Below are positions 22,117 through 35,999 of a stretch of 64,000 bases of DNA, piece after piece; position 1 is the first letter of the stretch, and every line of letters begins with the position of its first letter. The notes under the pieces were generated by a model that saw only the letters and a list, made by a program, of their open reading frames with translations, was not told the origin of the DNA and did not search any database. A program made the translations under genes and the position numbers. This DNA is from Moniliella sp. 'wahieum' (taxonomy: Eukaryota), in contig RSEE01000154.1 in the NCBI GenBank assembly GCA_003971905.1, positions 1-64,000 on the forward strand, given 5' to 3'.

Positions 22117-22862
22117 GGCACAGCAGAGCAGAGGCAGCGAGGAGCGGTGGAGGAGGTGGTGGTGAAGGAGGGGGGAGGGGCTGTAGGGCCGCCTGGCGTA
22201 AAGCAGCCCTTTTTCCCCTCGGGTTTTTTTTTCGAGCGCGGAAAGCACGCCGGCGGAATTCGGCGCAATGGCTGCCCTCTGCGCACCTGCCTCATCACAG
22301 CTGCATCACATCCCCATCCGCAGCCACCGGCCACCCACGCACACGGAAGCTGACGTAACCGCCCGAACCTTCGGACGCACGCTTCCCAACCGGCAACCCC
22401 CGCCCAGCCCGGGCGCACCCGAGGGATGGATGGGCAAGCGAACCGACGGCCCATCGCATCGCATCGCCCTTGGTGCGTTGCTCCATCCCCACTAGCCCCA
22501 CCGAACCATGGCTACTACGCGTACATTCTTCGCCCTAACGACTATCGGCCATCGACCATCAGAGACCACGAGCGCGCCTCAAACAGACAGGTTGTGCAGG
22601 TGCAATGCAGGTGCAGATGCAGTGGGGAGCGGGCACACTTGCATGTGATTGGACTGGCATGGGGGGAACAGGGGAACAAGCAGGGTCTGACCAACCGCCA
22701 TCGCCAGCCACGGCAGCTGAGGTGGGAACGGAACGATCGGACGGATGTGCGACGGGTCTTGGTACGTACGCAACCAGACGGCAGTCCAGGCCGAGAAGCA
22801 TCGCAGCCTCGACTGCCCAGACACCACATCCCACATCCCATTCACCACATACCACGTACCAC

Positions 22863-23448
22863 TTAGTACGGGTTGTCGGCCGGGTGCACGTCGTGGCTGA
22901 AGTGCGAGCCAATCTAGACCAAGGACAAGAAAACACAGGAAAACAAAATAGAAAACGTTAGACCAAAGCACACTCTACGCACAGCCGTCGTAGCAGGGGA
23001 GAAACCCCTGGGTCGCGGGACCTAGGGAAGGGGCAGGCCCAAAGGCAGAGGGGGAGGGAGACGAGTACCCTGTACCACCCCCTGGCTTGTCCGACCCGAC
23101 CCGAGCCGAGCCGGGTGGTGCATTGCATGGCGACTGCAGGGCACCAAGACGGGACCCAAGCGACCCCAGCAACCCAAGCAACCCACAGACCCAACGAACA
23201 GCAAAGGACAAAAAGGCAGGACGTACGATAGGAAGTTTCTCAAGGACGTCCTTGTCAAAGAGGGGGATGCCGCTCATGTAGAGGGCGATGGCGCCGGTGG
23301 CGGCGGCGCCCCAGCCGACGGCCGAGCCAGCCAGGTTGGGCAGCGTCTCCGGGGTGAAGATGCCGAGGGAGGGCTGGGGCTTGAGCTGGGGCGCCATCGC
23401 AGCGCGGGTGGCGCGCAGCGGCGCAGCACGGACAACGGAGCTGAACAT
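22863..23448 (-). CDS. QCR10: Cytochrome bc1 complex subunit 10; intron 22914-23226
   Basis: Exon 1 ...GWGAAATGAIALYMSGIPLFDKDVLEKLPI splices to exon 2 IGSHFSHDVHPADNPY*, matching the fungal Qcr10 pattern. Confidence 0.88.
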
Positions 23449-23835
23449 GGATGCGAACGGGGGGGGCGTGAGGCGAGGCGGTGGAGGAGAGCAGGAAGCC
23501 CCCACCGCTGGGCAAGGCAAGGCAAGGCAAGGCAGCACCAGCCAGCTGGCTGCGGTGGGCGGTGGACACTGGCCGTGTGCGGCGCGGCAATTAATAATAA
23601 GCGCGTACAATGCAACTTTCAAGGCGGCATTTGCATGTGCAATTGTAAATTTCATCCCGGCGGCTGGCGCTGAGTCAGCACAGGCCCCAGAGGCGACTCC
23701 AACGGAGGCCAAGGCTGCATGCTACAGACGGAGGCAGAAAGCAGAAAGCACAAAGCACACAGCACACAGCACAAAACACACAGCTGGGTGGGGCGGTGTA
23801 TTGACAAGTCGGCCAGTCGTCTGCGCAGGAGAGAT

Positions 23836-26800
23836 CTACGGCTCCTCCTCGCCACTGGCGATGCGCGCACGCACATCGCGCAGGAGCGCCGCCACCTGCC
23901 TCCCCGCGTCGTCCTCGCCGCCCCGCCAAGGCAGTGTGGGCCTGGACCAGCGCCGCCAGCGCCGCCGCCACATCCTCCAGCCACAGTCCCACCGCCAACT
24001 CTGGCCATGCGCCCAGCCAGCGACTCAGCAGCACCGCCATCCCGCCCGCCCGCAGCCCCGCCACCGCCGCCACCGCCGCCGTGTGCGCCTCACGCGGATC
24101 CAGATCCGCACGCGCTAAGCTGCGTGCAAACGTACCCTGCAGTCGCTCTGCCACCGTCACCGTCCCAGCGCGTGGTTCGGACGCCGGTTCGGACAAGCTC
24201 GCGATCCAGCGCGCAGGCGCAACGAGTGACAGCAGTTCGGTACATGCTGAGGCAGTCTCGCACCCGACCGCGTACCAACGCTCGCGCTCCGTTGGCGCGC
24301 CCGCCTCGGGCTCCGTCTCGTGCTCAGGTCCTGGTCCAAGCCCAGGGGCGGGGCCAGTTCCCGGTGCGGATGCGGGGTCAGGTTCGTGCCAGGTAGCAAG
24401 GTCGAGGAGGAGGTGCAAGTCCTCGTCGGTCCAGGGGAGTGTGGATAGTGTATTTGTGTTTGTGTTTGCGTTTGTGTTTGCGATCCCGAGCTGGACCAGC
24501 GTGGTGAGTAACTTGATTTGGTTCAGCACCGCGCTCAGGTCTGGCGCCGGTGCCACAGCTGCACCACCTTCGCCACTACCATTACCACTACCACTACCAG
24601 GGGTAGTGCCAGCGGTAGGAGAAGTAGAGTCGGTGGTAGAAGCATGGGGGTTATGCGGCGAGCGAAACGAGGACGTGGTCAAGCGTTTCTTTTTCGCCGG
24701 TCCAGGTGCAGGCGGGGGCGCGGGACCCGCGGACGAAGTGTGTGGGCCGGCACGGCAGGTTGAGCACGCGCACCTGCACCTGCACCTGCACCTGCACCTG
24801 TACCTGTACTTGCACCTGCACCTGCACCCACGGGTACCAGGGCGGGGGGGGCGTGGTGGGGTATCCAACGCGCGGGAGAGGAGTGTGCGAGCGTGTCGGA
24901 GCAGAGCCGAGGCGTGGGGTTTGACAAGCCTTGCCACCTGTGCTGGCTCGGCAACAGCCAGCACAGTAACCAGCAGACTTACTGTCGCGTCCGCCTCGGC
25001 ACAGGTAGCGTCCGTCCCACTATCTGTACCAGGACCAGCCGCATGATTGACTGCAGGATGGGGTCTAGTATTGGCCCAGGATTGGTCCCAGGATTGGTCG
25101 GAGTATAGGCGGAGTATTGGCGCTGTAGACGTTGAGAGCATGGTAGAGGATACCGGAGGGGGCGAAGAGGGAGTGGATGGCGCGTGGGCTGAGGTGCGGG
25201 ACGAGGTAACGCGTAGCGACCAGGAGGAGCGTGCGTGTAGTCTGCCCCTGTGTGAGTTGCTGGATTGCTTGGCTACGCGTGTCGCGCCGTACAAGGGCGA
25301 GGACGTGCCGTAGGCTAGGGTCGAGGATGAGGTGGAAGAGGTGAGAGAGGAGTATCTACGGTCCCGGGGATACTGGGGGACACGAAGTAAGTACCGCCAG
25401 GATGTCGGATAGCAGGGCTTCGTCTGGTGGCAGTCGGGGTGGGCGACGTGCGCGTCTGGGAGGTGCGAGAAGCCGGCCGAGCCCGAACCAGAACCCGAGG
25501 CCGAGACCGAAGCAGACGCAGGTCCAGAGACCGAGGCAGAGGCAGAGGAAGACGAAGAGGCAAGCGGGAGAGCGTGCGGGTCACCAAAGAGCAAAGAGCG
25601 TGCACGACGAGCCTGGGAGCCCGTCGGGAACGCCGAGAGGAACTGAGCAGCAAACAGCCCAAGACACGTATCGATGTACCGCGCATTAGCTTGCTCCGCT
25701 ACCGTCGCAGGGTGCAACTGTATCGACGACTGCGACGTTGACGTTGACGTTGATGGTCCGTCGGAGTAGATACTGGTGCTCGCCCCCGCCCCGGACCCGG
25801 ACCCTGTGCGCCCCACTGACGGGGGAGGGATGCGCGCACGCATAAGCGCCGACCAACAAGTGCGTGCTAGTCCTGACGACGTTAGGTCCACCAGCATCCC
25901 ATTCTCCGTCCCACTCGTACCCGCACCCGTACCCGCATTCACACCTGTCCTCGCATTCGCAACCGCTGTCACACCCGCTGTCACACCGGTGTTGATGGCG
26001 CCGCGGAGGAAGGGTCAGTGAGACGGTCGTCCACCTCCGGCGGGGGGAAGAGGGGGCAACGGGTCCAGAGCAGCTTGGGCGGTATGTGCAGAGTGCGCAG
26101 CAGGCGGTTGTCCTTGTCCGTGTCCTTGGCTTTTGCCTTGGCCGTGCGCTTGACCTTGACCGTGGGCTTGACCGAGGGCTTGGGCTTGACCTTGACCTTG
26201 ACTTTGGGCGGGGCATGCAGTTCCGAGACAAGTAGGCAATTTGGTCACGGAACAAGCGACTGGCGCCAGCCGAGCGTAACGAGGTCAAACTCTGCAGTTC
26301 CGCATGCGAGTGAGCATGGGACGATGACGATGTGGTTCGGGACGCCAAACCCACGCGCGACCGCGACCGCGATCCCACCCCAACCCGGAACGCGACGCCA
26401 TTCCCGCCCGGGAGGTCGAGTTGGAGTTCGACTGGGAGTGCGATTGGAATGCGACGGTTCGTCGTCCTCGGAGGCACTGGCTTCGCCCTCGCCCCACCGC
26501 GCCAGCAGTTCCTTGTAACTTGCCCGTGCGTGCACGCCTGCGCCCAGCTGGGTCACACCGAGCATCGCGTCGAGCGAGTCGCCGCGCGCCGAAGTTGGGG
26601 AGCTGTGCCCTCGTCCCCTGGGGGCAGGTCAGACCCAAACCCAGAGGCAGATCCAAACCCAGACCCAGAGTCAAATCCCGAGCAGAGGCAGATACAGAGG
26701 GAGGTGCGGAGGCGGGAGGGGGGGGGAGGGCGAGCGCGGATGGGGCAGGGAGAGCACGTTGGGCAAAAGAGCAGGGAGGGCAAAGGAGACGCCTGGCCTT

Positions 26801-27542
26801 GTGGCAAGGGAAGCGTGTACGCCGACGGCCGAGCGGATGCCGTCTCGGTAGAAGAGGGGAGGTCGATGAGGAAGGCGCGCTGGGCACCGTACGTGCGTGT
26901 GGGGCCAACGGGCCGAAGGGGGCGCGCGGCAGGGGCAGAGATAAGCCGTGGAGAACCGCGCGGCAGAGGTTGGGAATGGGAGTAAGACTGGGACTGGGAC
27001 TGGACTGGGAGTCGGGGTCAGCGTCGGAGGGTGGGGTGGGGTCAGGGTCAGACTGGATGGCCAGTGCTGAGTCCGCGTCGTCGTCCGAGTCGGAAGGCGT
27101 GAGCAGGCGCGGGCGCGGGGGCTTTTCCTTCGGCCGCGAGCGCATCCGTCCGGACACGGACAGGGAGGAGGGTGGGACAGCGATTGCGATTGCGACTGCG
27201 ACTGCGATTGGGATTGGGATTGGGACTGGGACTGGGATTGGGACTGGGAGTGGGGTGGGGACGACGAAGCGTCGTCGGAATCGGGCGAGTCAAAGAGACG
27301 CGAGAGGTCGGGTGGGCGTGTGCGGGGGGTGAGGGAGGGCGCGCGGCGTGGACGTTTGCGCGGGGCAGAAGAGTGGATGAGCGGCTCGTCCTGCTGCTCC
27401 TGGTGGTGCTCCTGGTGGTCGTCGTGCGCGTCCTGCGCGTCCTGCGCGTCGGGATGGAGTGCGACGGGGTGGGTGCGTTTGCGGCGGTACACCTGGCGGA
27501 TGCGGGGGGCGCGAGGGCGTCGCGAGGCGGCGGGGGCGGCAT
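23836..27542 (-). CDS. Wings-apart-like (WAPL/Rad61/Wpl1) cohesin-release factor, low-complexity-rich, frameshifted
   Basis: Motifs [14 protein letters not shown] and [24 protein letters not shown] resemble the fungal WAPL N-terminal signatures (from memory). A helical C-terminal domain follows, ending ...[19 protein letters not shown]. Confidence 0.65.
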
Positions 27543-27768
27543 GGCGATGGCGATGGCGATGGCAATGGCAACGGCAATGGCAACGTCCAACCCAGCGCGG
27601 TGGAAACACGCCCTCTCTCCCTCCTCCAATTTCAACCGGCGCTGCATGCCGCATGCCCGCGTACGTCAGCCGTGTGCCTGGTGTTACGTCAGCAGCCAGC
27701 GGCAGCCACGACAGCTCCACCTCCACCTCCACCTCACCCCTACCGCCTACCCCCATCTGTGCGCAGCC

Positions 27769-28177
27769 ATGTCGGCGCTGTTCAACTTCCCCTCGCTGCT
27801 GATGGTGGTGCTGCTGAGCATCTGCACCTGCACGTATGTGCGTGCTGTTGCGCCCGGCCTCGTCGACCGCAACCAGCAAGGCTTCCGCGGCTCGTCTGGA
27901 AGGGCGCCCGTATTGGTCCGTCTCTCCCTCCTGCTGCGCCTGCCCCTCCTCCGCCCCTAACCTAACTCTACCCCTGTTTGCTGTGTTTGTTGGGTTTGCT
28001 GTGTTTGTTGTGTTTGCTGTGTTGGCTTCGTTGGTTGTGTTGGCTGCGACTGATGGTGATGGATGTGGGCGGGATGGGCTTACTCCTGTGGTTGCGGCGA
28101 GTAGGCGAACGCATGTCGCCCTACGTCTCACTCGCATGCATCGTCATGGCCATCCATAAGCTCCTTGGTGGCTCTAA
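27769..28177 (+). CDS. KSH1: Protein kish (Ksh1); intron 27916-28104
   Basis: [47 protein letters not shown]. Confidence 0.92.
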
Positions 28178-29602
28178 CTTCCACTGCTCTCGTCTCTCGT
28201 CTCTCGTCTCTCGTCTCTCGTCCTCGTCTCTCCCCCCCCTCTCCCACCCATTTCCCTTCCCACCCCCCATTCCCACTTCATTCTCACTCACCCACTCCTT
28301 CCGATTCCATCGCATTCCATTCCCCCCCCCCCAACCCCCGCCCGACGATCGCCTCCCCTCCGCTTCCCTTCCCTCCCATCCCATCCATGTGATTCCCCAC
28401 TTTACGTCTCACGTACCTTCCCTCCCGCCTCGCTTCCTCTCCACCCTTGCGCCCCTTGCGCCCACATCCCGCTACACCCTCCTGGCGGGTCCCGCGCGAC
28501 ACACGACGAGCAAGCCCTCTATTGTTTCGGGACAGACGGGTGGGCAGTAACGGGGAAGTGAAGTGCCATCTCCTACTGATCCATCTCATGGTCCCTCATG
28601 GTCCCCATGATGCTGGCCCACACGATGCTGATCCATGACGCGATGACGGCAATATCCGGACGCGCAAGGTCTGCCTGATGTGCCTGATGTGTGATGTGCA
28701 GGGTAGGCGGAGGGAGGTGTGCACGGGCAGAGGGGGATCGATCACCCCCAAACCCAACCCAACCAAAACCAACCAAAAAATCATTAATCATTTTTCCTCC
28801 TCCTGCCCCGCACCTGTACTCGCACTCGGTCCTGCGCTCGCACTCGGTTCGCTTCGCTTCACCTGCCCCGGTCGCTTGATCGGTACTCGATGCCAGACAC
28901 CATACAGACAGGCCGATAGATGACGGACAACAGACGACACGACAGACCGACAGACCGACAGACCGCCACGAAACCGCGACTTGCGCGTCGGGACCTGGTG
29001 TGCCTGCGGTGCCTGCGGTGCCTAGGGCCTGCGACGTGACTAGGGGACTAGGGGAGTAGAGTATGAGGCTACGGGCACACGATAGGCGCGACGGAGAGGT
29101 GCGGTCAAGTGAGGGAGGAGCGATGGCCAATTAATATTGGGTAAAGGAGGGCCGGTACAGGTACAGGTACAGGTACGAGGTACGAGGTAGGCAGGATAGG
29201 AGTAGTTGAAGTTGGAGTTGGAGTTGGAGGTGTGTGTCATCTGGCCGCTTGGCTAGACCAGCAAGCGAGAGAGAGAGAGAGAGGCGATGGTTTGCACAAG
29301 AAAGAAAGAACGACCAAGCTCCAAGCTCCAACCCGAAATGAAGAAGAAAACAGAAGACGAAGAAAACCGAAGACAAAGAAAACTGAAGACAAAGAAAAAG
29401 AAACGAAGAAGACGAAGAAGACGAAGATGACGAAGATGACGAAGATGACGAAGACGAAAAACGACCGTGGACAGCTGGTGGGCCGAGCGTGCTGCAGGAG
29501 GCTGGTCCTGGTTGTGAGCCTGGGGGAGGGGGAGGGAAGGCAGCTGGAGGCTAGGTTGCTTGCCTCTGTGAGGCCCCATACTGCGTGCTGCATGCTGGCT
29601 GC

Positions 29603-31698
29603 TCAGGATTCCAGTCCCTCAGCCAACTGTTCCGCCAAGCCATACAAGGCAGCGGAGAGGTGAGAGGAGACGAGGTACGGGAGGACACTAGCGTCGATGA
29701 TGCGTAAAGAGCGTTGAGCGACGCCATAGACAGCGCCGGAGGGATCTACGACACCGCCCTTATCCTTTGGTGCCATCTGGAGCGATCCGACAGCATGTGC
29801 GACAGCGGCGTACGATCCTGTGCCCCACTTGCCCAATCGCGGTATGCGCCCAAGTTAGCGTCGACGGGCACGCGGGACGCCGGCGTGACTTCCTCGCCTA
29901 CTGTACTGTTGAGTGGGGCAGAACGGAAAATGCGTCGGATCGCACGCCAGCCCGCAATGCTAATGTCCAGATCGAGCGGGACGGTCCAGTACCCTGGATC
30001 GACGTCTGGGGCAACAAATGGGTCCGTGGAGGAAATGTGTACCGATCCACGTGAGAGAGGGAACAAGTTCCAGCAATCGGTGCCTAAGGACGAATCGGGG
30101 AACCGTGATCGAGGAACGCTTCGAATACCCCGACACGACGATCAAACAAGACTGATTCGATCGATTTCCATTGCGCGATCAGCGCGTCGGAAGACACGGC
30201 TCCACCGCGCTGCACGGTATCCTTTGCCCAAGTAGCGTAGTTTTGCTGTGCATAGCCACGCATGGCCGAAGCATTGCTAAATAGTTGGTACATGTTCGGG
30301 AAGGCAATTGTCGCGCTAGGACCGTGACCCCAGAAGGGCGTGTGGGGCTGGTAACCAAGCGACTTTCCGTCTGGTCTTGCAGGTTAGCCCCGACGCCCTC
30401 CAGGGGCACTTTGACGTTGATCCCCAGTTTCTCCAGGCGCGCTGGATCGCCAATCCCACCGCGCTCGAGGAACTGCGGCGAGCCAAGCGTGCCAGCCGAA
30501 ACGACGACGCCCTTACGTGCGGTCAGGTGCACCCGGGTACCATTCTGCGTCGCTTGGATCGATGCGCCGGTCACGCGCGTCGGCTGGTCAGCGTCATGGA
30601 ACAACGGGTGCACACCGCGCCAGCCAATCAACACTTTAAGTTGGAGCGTGAAAATTCAATTGGGGACAGTAGCCTGTAGCAGACGACGACCGTAGTTCCC
30701 CGTCTTGTCATTCGCAACGGGCGTGATGGAGTTGGGCGTCGTAGCGCCCACACCGTACGATTCGCCATTGGACATATCGTAGATTTGACGAAGCCCAATC
30801 GCCTTGTTGGCCGCCGTCAAAAAGTCTTGCCCGTACGCATCGACGTACATGCGCTTTTTGTTCTGCGCCCGTGGCGGCCGCACGCTGCGGTGCGAGGCGG
30901 GGAAGCACCCTCGCTCCCGCGCCGTTGGTTGGACCATTCTTCGCGGGCGTGTAGGACACGTCGATTGGACCATTGTAGCCATGCACATCCTGTTCGGTTT
31001 TAGGGGTTTGAGGGGTTGGGCGGATGGTCAGTTTTGTCCTCTTCCCTAATACCTCACCCTCCTCCCGCACTCAAAAATGCACACCCTCGCGCGACACGCA
31101 GGAAAGTCAAGACGAAAGGAAATCTGTACGTACCCAATCCGCGCCAGCGCCCAAGCGGCGCTGCTTTTCGGTGGGCGCATGGAAGGTCTCTGCCTTTTTC
31201 ATGTAGGGCAAGAGGTTGTCCCACGTCCACTGGGAGTTGCCCGTGTAATTAGCCAAGGCATCCAACTCGGCCTTGGCGGGTCGGCCCCACGCACCACCAT
31301 TGATAGAGGTACTACCACCAAGGGTGCGACCGGCATTGACAGTCCGGTCTCCGCCCACTTGGTTGCGCGCCGCATAGGCCCAGTTGAGCTCAGTGGAAAA
31401 GGCTTGGGAGTAAGTGTTGATGCTCTGGACTAGGCGAGGTACGGTTATCGCCACCTGCTTCGACGACGAGGACAGATAACCCCTTGCCACTCAACCGGTT
31501 CGCCGTCACTAGTCCACCGAGGCCCCCGCCAATCACAATCCAGTCCCATGTCGTGTTGGCCACGTCGGACACGTTGGACGTGATGGCGCTTGGGCCCGTG
31601 GTGGCGTGCGAGGACGAAGAGGACGAAGAGGAGGAGGATGTGGCGGAGGCAACGGCACATGCGACCAGGGGCGCAAGGCAGAGGCTTGCGAAACGCAT
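29603..31698 (-). CDS. Secreted GMC oxidoreductase (AA3_2, glucose oxidase/dehydrogenase-like); intron ~30990-31133
   Basis: Signal peptide, FAD motif WIVIGGGLGGL, GRTLGGSTSING, SAGTLGSPQFLERGGIG, GVGANLQD, and two catalytic His contexts AHAVGS and VSSHL. Confidence 0.92.
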
Positions 31699-34600
31699 GG
31701 GTGCAAGCTGGTGTGCGCGGGGGGTGGAAAGAGTGTAGGGTGTGTGGTGGGGGTGGGGGAGGGGAAGCGGGGGGAGGCCGGAGGGGGGGGGGAGAATGAC
31801 TAGTGATGGGCGACGGGGGTAAAGAGAAAGAATGGAATTGTGCTACGTGCGAGGCCAACCACCGTCTCTCCGGTGCTCTGCTGTGCTGCCCTGCCAGTGC
31901 CACTGAGCGCAACTGAAGCGCACCGCGAGAACGCCTGGCCGCCACGCAAGTCCGGCGCAGGCACAGAGGAGTGCTAAGGCCCAAGGCCCAAGGCGTATAA
32001 GGAAGCCCTGTGCAAGCGCCAACTAAGCCTTAGCAGTAAGCGCTACTGAGCCTCTCGCGCTCTGCCGTTGAAGCTTCAGCTTCACATGAAGCGGCTGGTG
32101 CGCCCAGCTGCTGTGCTGCTGTGTGCGGAGCGTATATGAGTACTGAGTACGGGGGAACTGTGTGTGGAGGTGCGGCCGAGGCGATCTTGTTCCTGCACTT
32201 GTACGTCCTGTGCCTTGTCCAGCTGGCCGCGTGCGGTGCGTCCCAACTAGCAACTCGGCTGGGTGAGACCAAGGCGCCACACCCGGCGCGGCTGAGCGGC
32301 TGAGCTGCTCAGACCGAGCTGGCCAGCCCCATCGATCATCAACCATTGATCGTTGGCCTGCTGCGGCGCGCGTAGCAGGCAGACAGCCAGGCGGGACCAG
32401 CGATCATCTGCCCATCCATCAGCGCATCAGCATCATCCATCAAGCTTCAAGAGGTGTCCAGATCCCATGTCAATTCTCTGACGCGATGGTCGGTGATCGA
32501 TGACGATGGTCGAGAGTCGTGGCTTGGCAGGTTTCCAGAGGGTGGCCAGTTGCCGCGTGGGCGAGGCGAGGCGAGGCGGGGCGTCGGAGCTGGAGGGCAG
32601 CGGCTGTCGATCCTGCTCAGAGCAAGAGCAGAGCAAGAGCAAGAGCAAGAGCACGAGTAAGCAACGGGAAACCGGAGGCCGATGGTCGATGGATGGCCAT
32701 GTGGATGGGATTGCTCGACGTCAGCAATGCGAGCAACGGCGCGGACGCGAGGATGTGCGGGGACGGAGGCGCAGGGTTGTAGTACGACGTAGTGGGGAAG
32801 AGGAAGCGAAGCGCTAAGCTAGTAAATGATCTTTTAAAGCTTAATGATCGACTCTTCGCTTGCTGAAGCATACGTACAGCGCGCTGAGTACGAGTCCGAG
32901 TACTGAGTATTAGTACCGGGTACCGGGAACGAGAGTACAGCCTGCGCTAGTGTCGAGAGTACGAAGGAGTGATTAATGATTCGCTACTACTCGTGTTCGG
33001 CTCAGCTGAGCGCTCCAGCTGATGCAGGTGAAGCGAGGATGGTCGATGATCTCAATGATCGATAGCACGATGGCGAGAGCCTTTGAGCTTTGAGTGAGGC
33101 CTTTGAGGCCGAGGCCTGAGGGGCTGGCATGGCTAACGCGGCCAGGGGACTATCTGACGTTGAACGCTGATGCTCGCGTGCGAGCGTCGATCATTACTTT
33201 TAGTCATCATTTTCACTGCATCTTCGTCGAAAAAGCACATGGTATGGTACTCGCCTAAAGTACTCTCCCTTAATGGGTCGCAGCTGTCGCAGCCGACCTC
33301 TGCCTCTCCCAAGCCACACAAAAAGCCATGCCGAGGCGGTCACATGGTCACCGGCCATCGGTCTCAGCCCAGGCACAGGCAAAGCGCCCCAGCCCCAGCT
33401 ACGTCTAACGTCTAACCCTGAGCGCTGTAGCATCGAGCATCCCCTTTCGGTCCGTTCGGTCCTTTCGGTCTTTTGGGATCGACGGTCGGGTCTCCGAATC
33501 TCCGAGTCTCACCGATCATTCATTGGTCTCAGATCTCTCAGATCTCAGCGATCACCATGCATCTTGCGTGACGCATTGGTAGCTTTTGGTGCCGGTGCTT
33601 GGCGATCGTCGTCGGGCCACGGAAGACCGGTAACATCAACCACAGCAACTCTAGTAACTCTAGCAACGAGTACCTCTACCAACTAAACTAGAGCAACTGG
33701 AATAGAGCAACAGACCAGTTACAGCCCCAGACACGTCTCTCGCACGCCCCAACGTGCAATTGTCTATATTCACCATCGACCATCCAACAGTCATCGGCCT
33801 CTCGTTGCCGGCCCATCTGAACCGACGACATGGACAGGCAATGCGCCGTAGAAGAGAGTACCGTGGATCGGTGGGGAACCATATATCAGCTACACAAGCT
33901 GCTACAAAGCTAGTACGAGACCCCATCATTCGGCTGAGAGATGCTTGGCCGTGCCATCGACTATAGGTTTCTGGCGAGGGGGGGGGCAAATAGGGCCAAC
34001 AAGTGTCCGTGGGGCATTACGAGCCAGCCAGCACCCCTGCTACGAGCTCACAAGTGCTTGGCCTTAGGTCTTCGACCCACATCCGCCATCCTTGATCCAA
34101 CAGGAGAGCAGGAGCGAGCGGAAAGACAAGTGTGCTTACCGGGGGGGGGGAAGATCTGTACGGTGTGAACGTGTAAACTCCTCCAAGGGTTTGTCGTCAG
34201 GGCAGCTCATGCCTGTCCCGTGCCGTCGTTCCGAGCGATACACTTTTGGACCTTGTTTACCGGTTACCGGTTGCCTGTATACCAAAAATAACGAGACACG
34301 GAGAGCGTTGTAGCGTTGGCATATTGCAAATTGTACTGCTATTTCCAAGCTCATCCAAGTTCGTGTGTGTATGACGACACGATGACGGAGCGCCGTAAGG
34401 AATCAGCCACCGATCTGCCAGACCGAGTGAAGACCAAAACGACCCAAAAGTTCTCGCGGTCATTTCCAATTCTATACCAATTCCGTCGCGCTTCTCCTTA
34501 TCGTCCCTTTTGTCCCCCTTTGGTCTTGCCTTGATGCCAGTCAAATACGTCCGATGCGTCTGATGCCGCTTGCTTTCTCTACAAACCACCTTGCCACTCT

Positions 34601-35999
34601 CCCCATCTCTTATACGTGTAGGACTGGACCGTGGTATCGGAGGGCCGCGGTGACCTGGGCGACACACGGTGACAACATCAGCCACCTAGTTTTACCAGCC
34701 ACCAGTCAGGACCTCAGAGATCTGACGGGGTCAGCCCTCACCCACGAGCTGGCCTTCCCTCTGGTGTTTCCCTCAGAGAGAGACACTTGTGTTCACGCTT
34801 GGTTAGTCAATGTACTGCCGAGATGTTCTGCCCCTCTTGTGCCCTCGCCCACCATCAGCCAGCTGCCTGCATCGCGCGACCATGTGCCCAGCGGGCTCCC
34901 CATGGTGCGCCCCCCTCTTGCCCTTCTGCCCACGCCTCCCGGCGCATCACCGACGCTCCGGCACGCCCTCTGGCCTTCCCGTCAGGGCCGGAGCGTGTCC
35001 TCCCTCTGTTTGTGCCCTTGCCCGTTTCCGGTCCTATGTGCGACGTGAATCCCATGGCCGGTCGCGAGGGAACGATCGTCCCTTTTTTGGCTTACCGCCT
35101 TGCGCACACATTTTCCTTTCTTATGTTCTTCTTTTCTGTCTTCTGTCTTCTGTCTTCTCTGCTTGTCCCATTTACCGTGTTGGCGGGACGGTGTCTCTGT
35201 GCAAGCTGGATCATGGTTCGGTCGGGAGGGATGCGATATGCCATGATGATTGATGCTGACATGAGCCATGGTGACATGGGACAGACATAACGCTTCTCCA
35301 CACGCTGATGCATATGGTACCTCGTCTGCCTCTTCCGCCTCTTCGTCGTCCGACGTGCCGCCCTTGCACACCTTTCCCACCGGCTCGCCCATTACCTCAC
35401 CGTCGTATGGCCCCGCACGATCCAAATCCCCCTACGGCCCTGCCTTCGCCGGGGCTGGCAGTGGCTTCCCCAGCTTCGAACACCAACCCTGGCGCTCCCA
35501 CCCACACTGGCACCCGCACCCGCACTCGCACTCGCACTCGCACCATGTGGTGGGGAGCGAGAGAGGAAGGAGGGGGTATGATCTTGTGTGTGTGTGTGTG
35601 CGTGTTGGATAGGCCGGGGATGGATGGAGGTGGTAGTGGTTGGGTTCGGTTGGGCGCCAAGACGGATCATGGATCAGGCTGATCCGTGGGTGCTCCCATC
35701 CGTCGACCCTCCCGAGCTGCTGTGACGGAGTATAGCGATGACTACTGAACACGTGAGTCCCGTGTGATGTCTGGCCACATGCGATCGCGCGTGGCTCATC
35801 ACGTGCGTGTCACTCGGCCCAAGGCACGCTGTGATTGCGTCGGTGCAATTGGAAGGCGGCGCAACTAGCATTTCATTGTGGCATTGCTACGGAGCGTCCG
35901 AGCCTCCGTCTCCTTCGCAGCCGCAGCGGGGGGAGGACCGGTGGGGCAAGAGCAAGAGCAAGAGCACGAGCAACAGGAGGCGGTATTGGGATGGGACGC

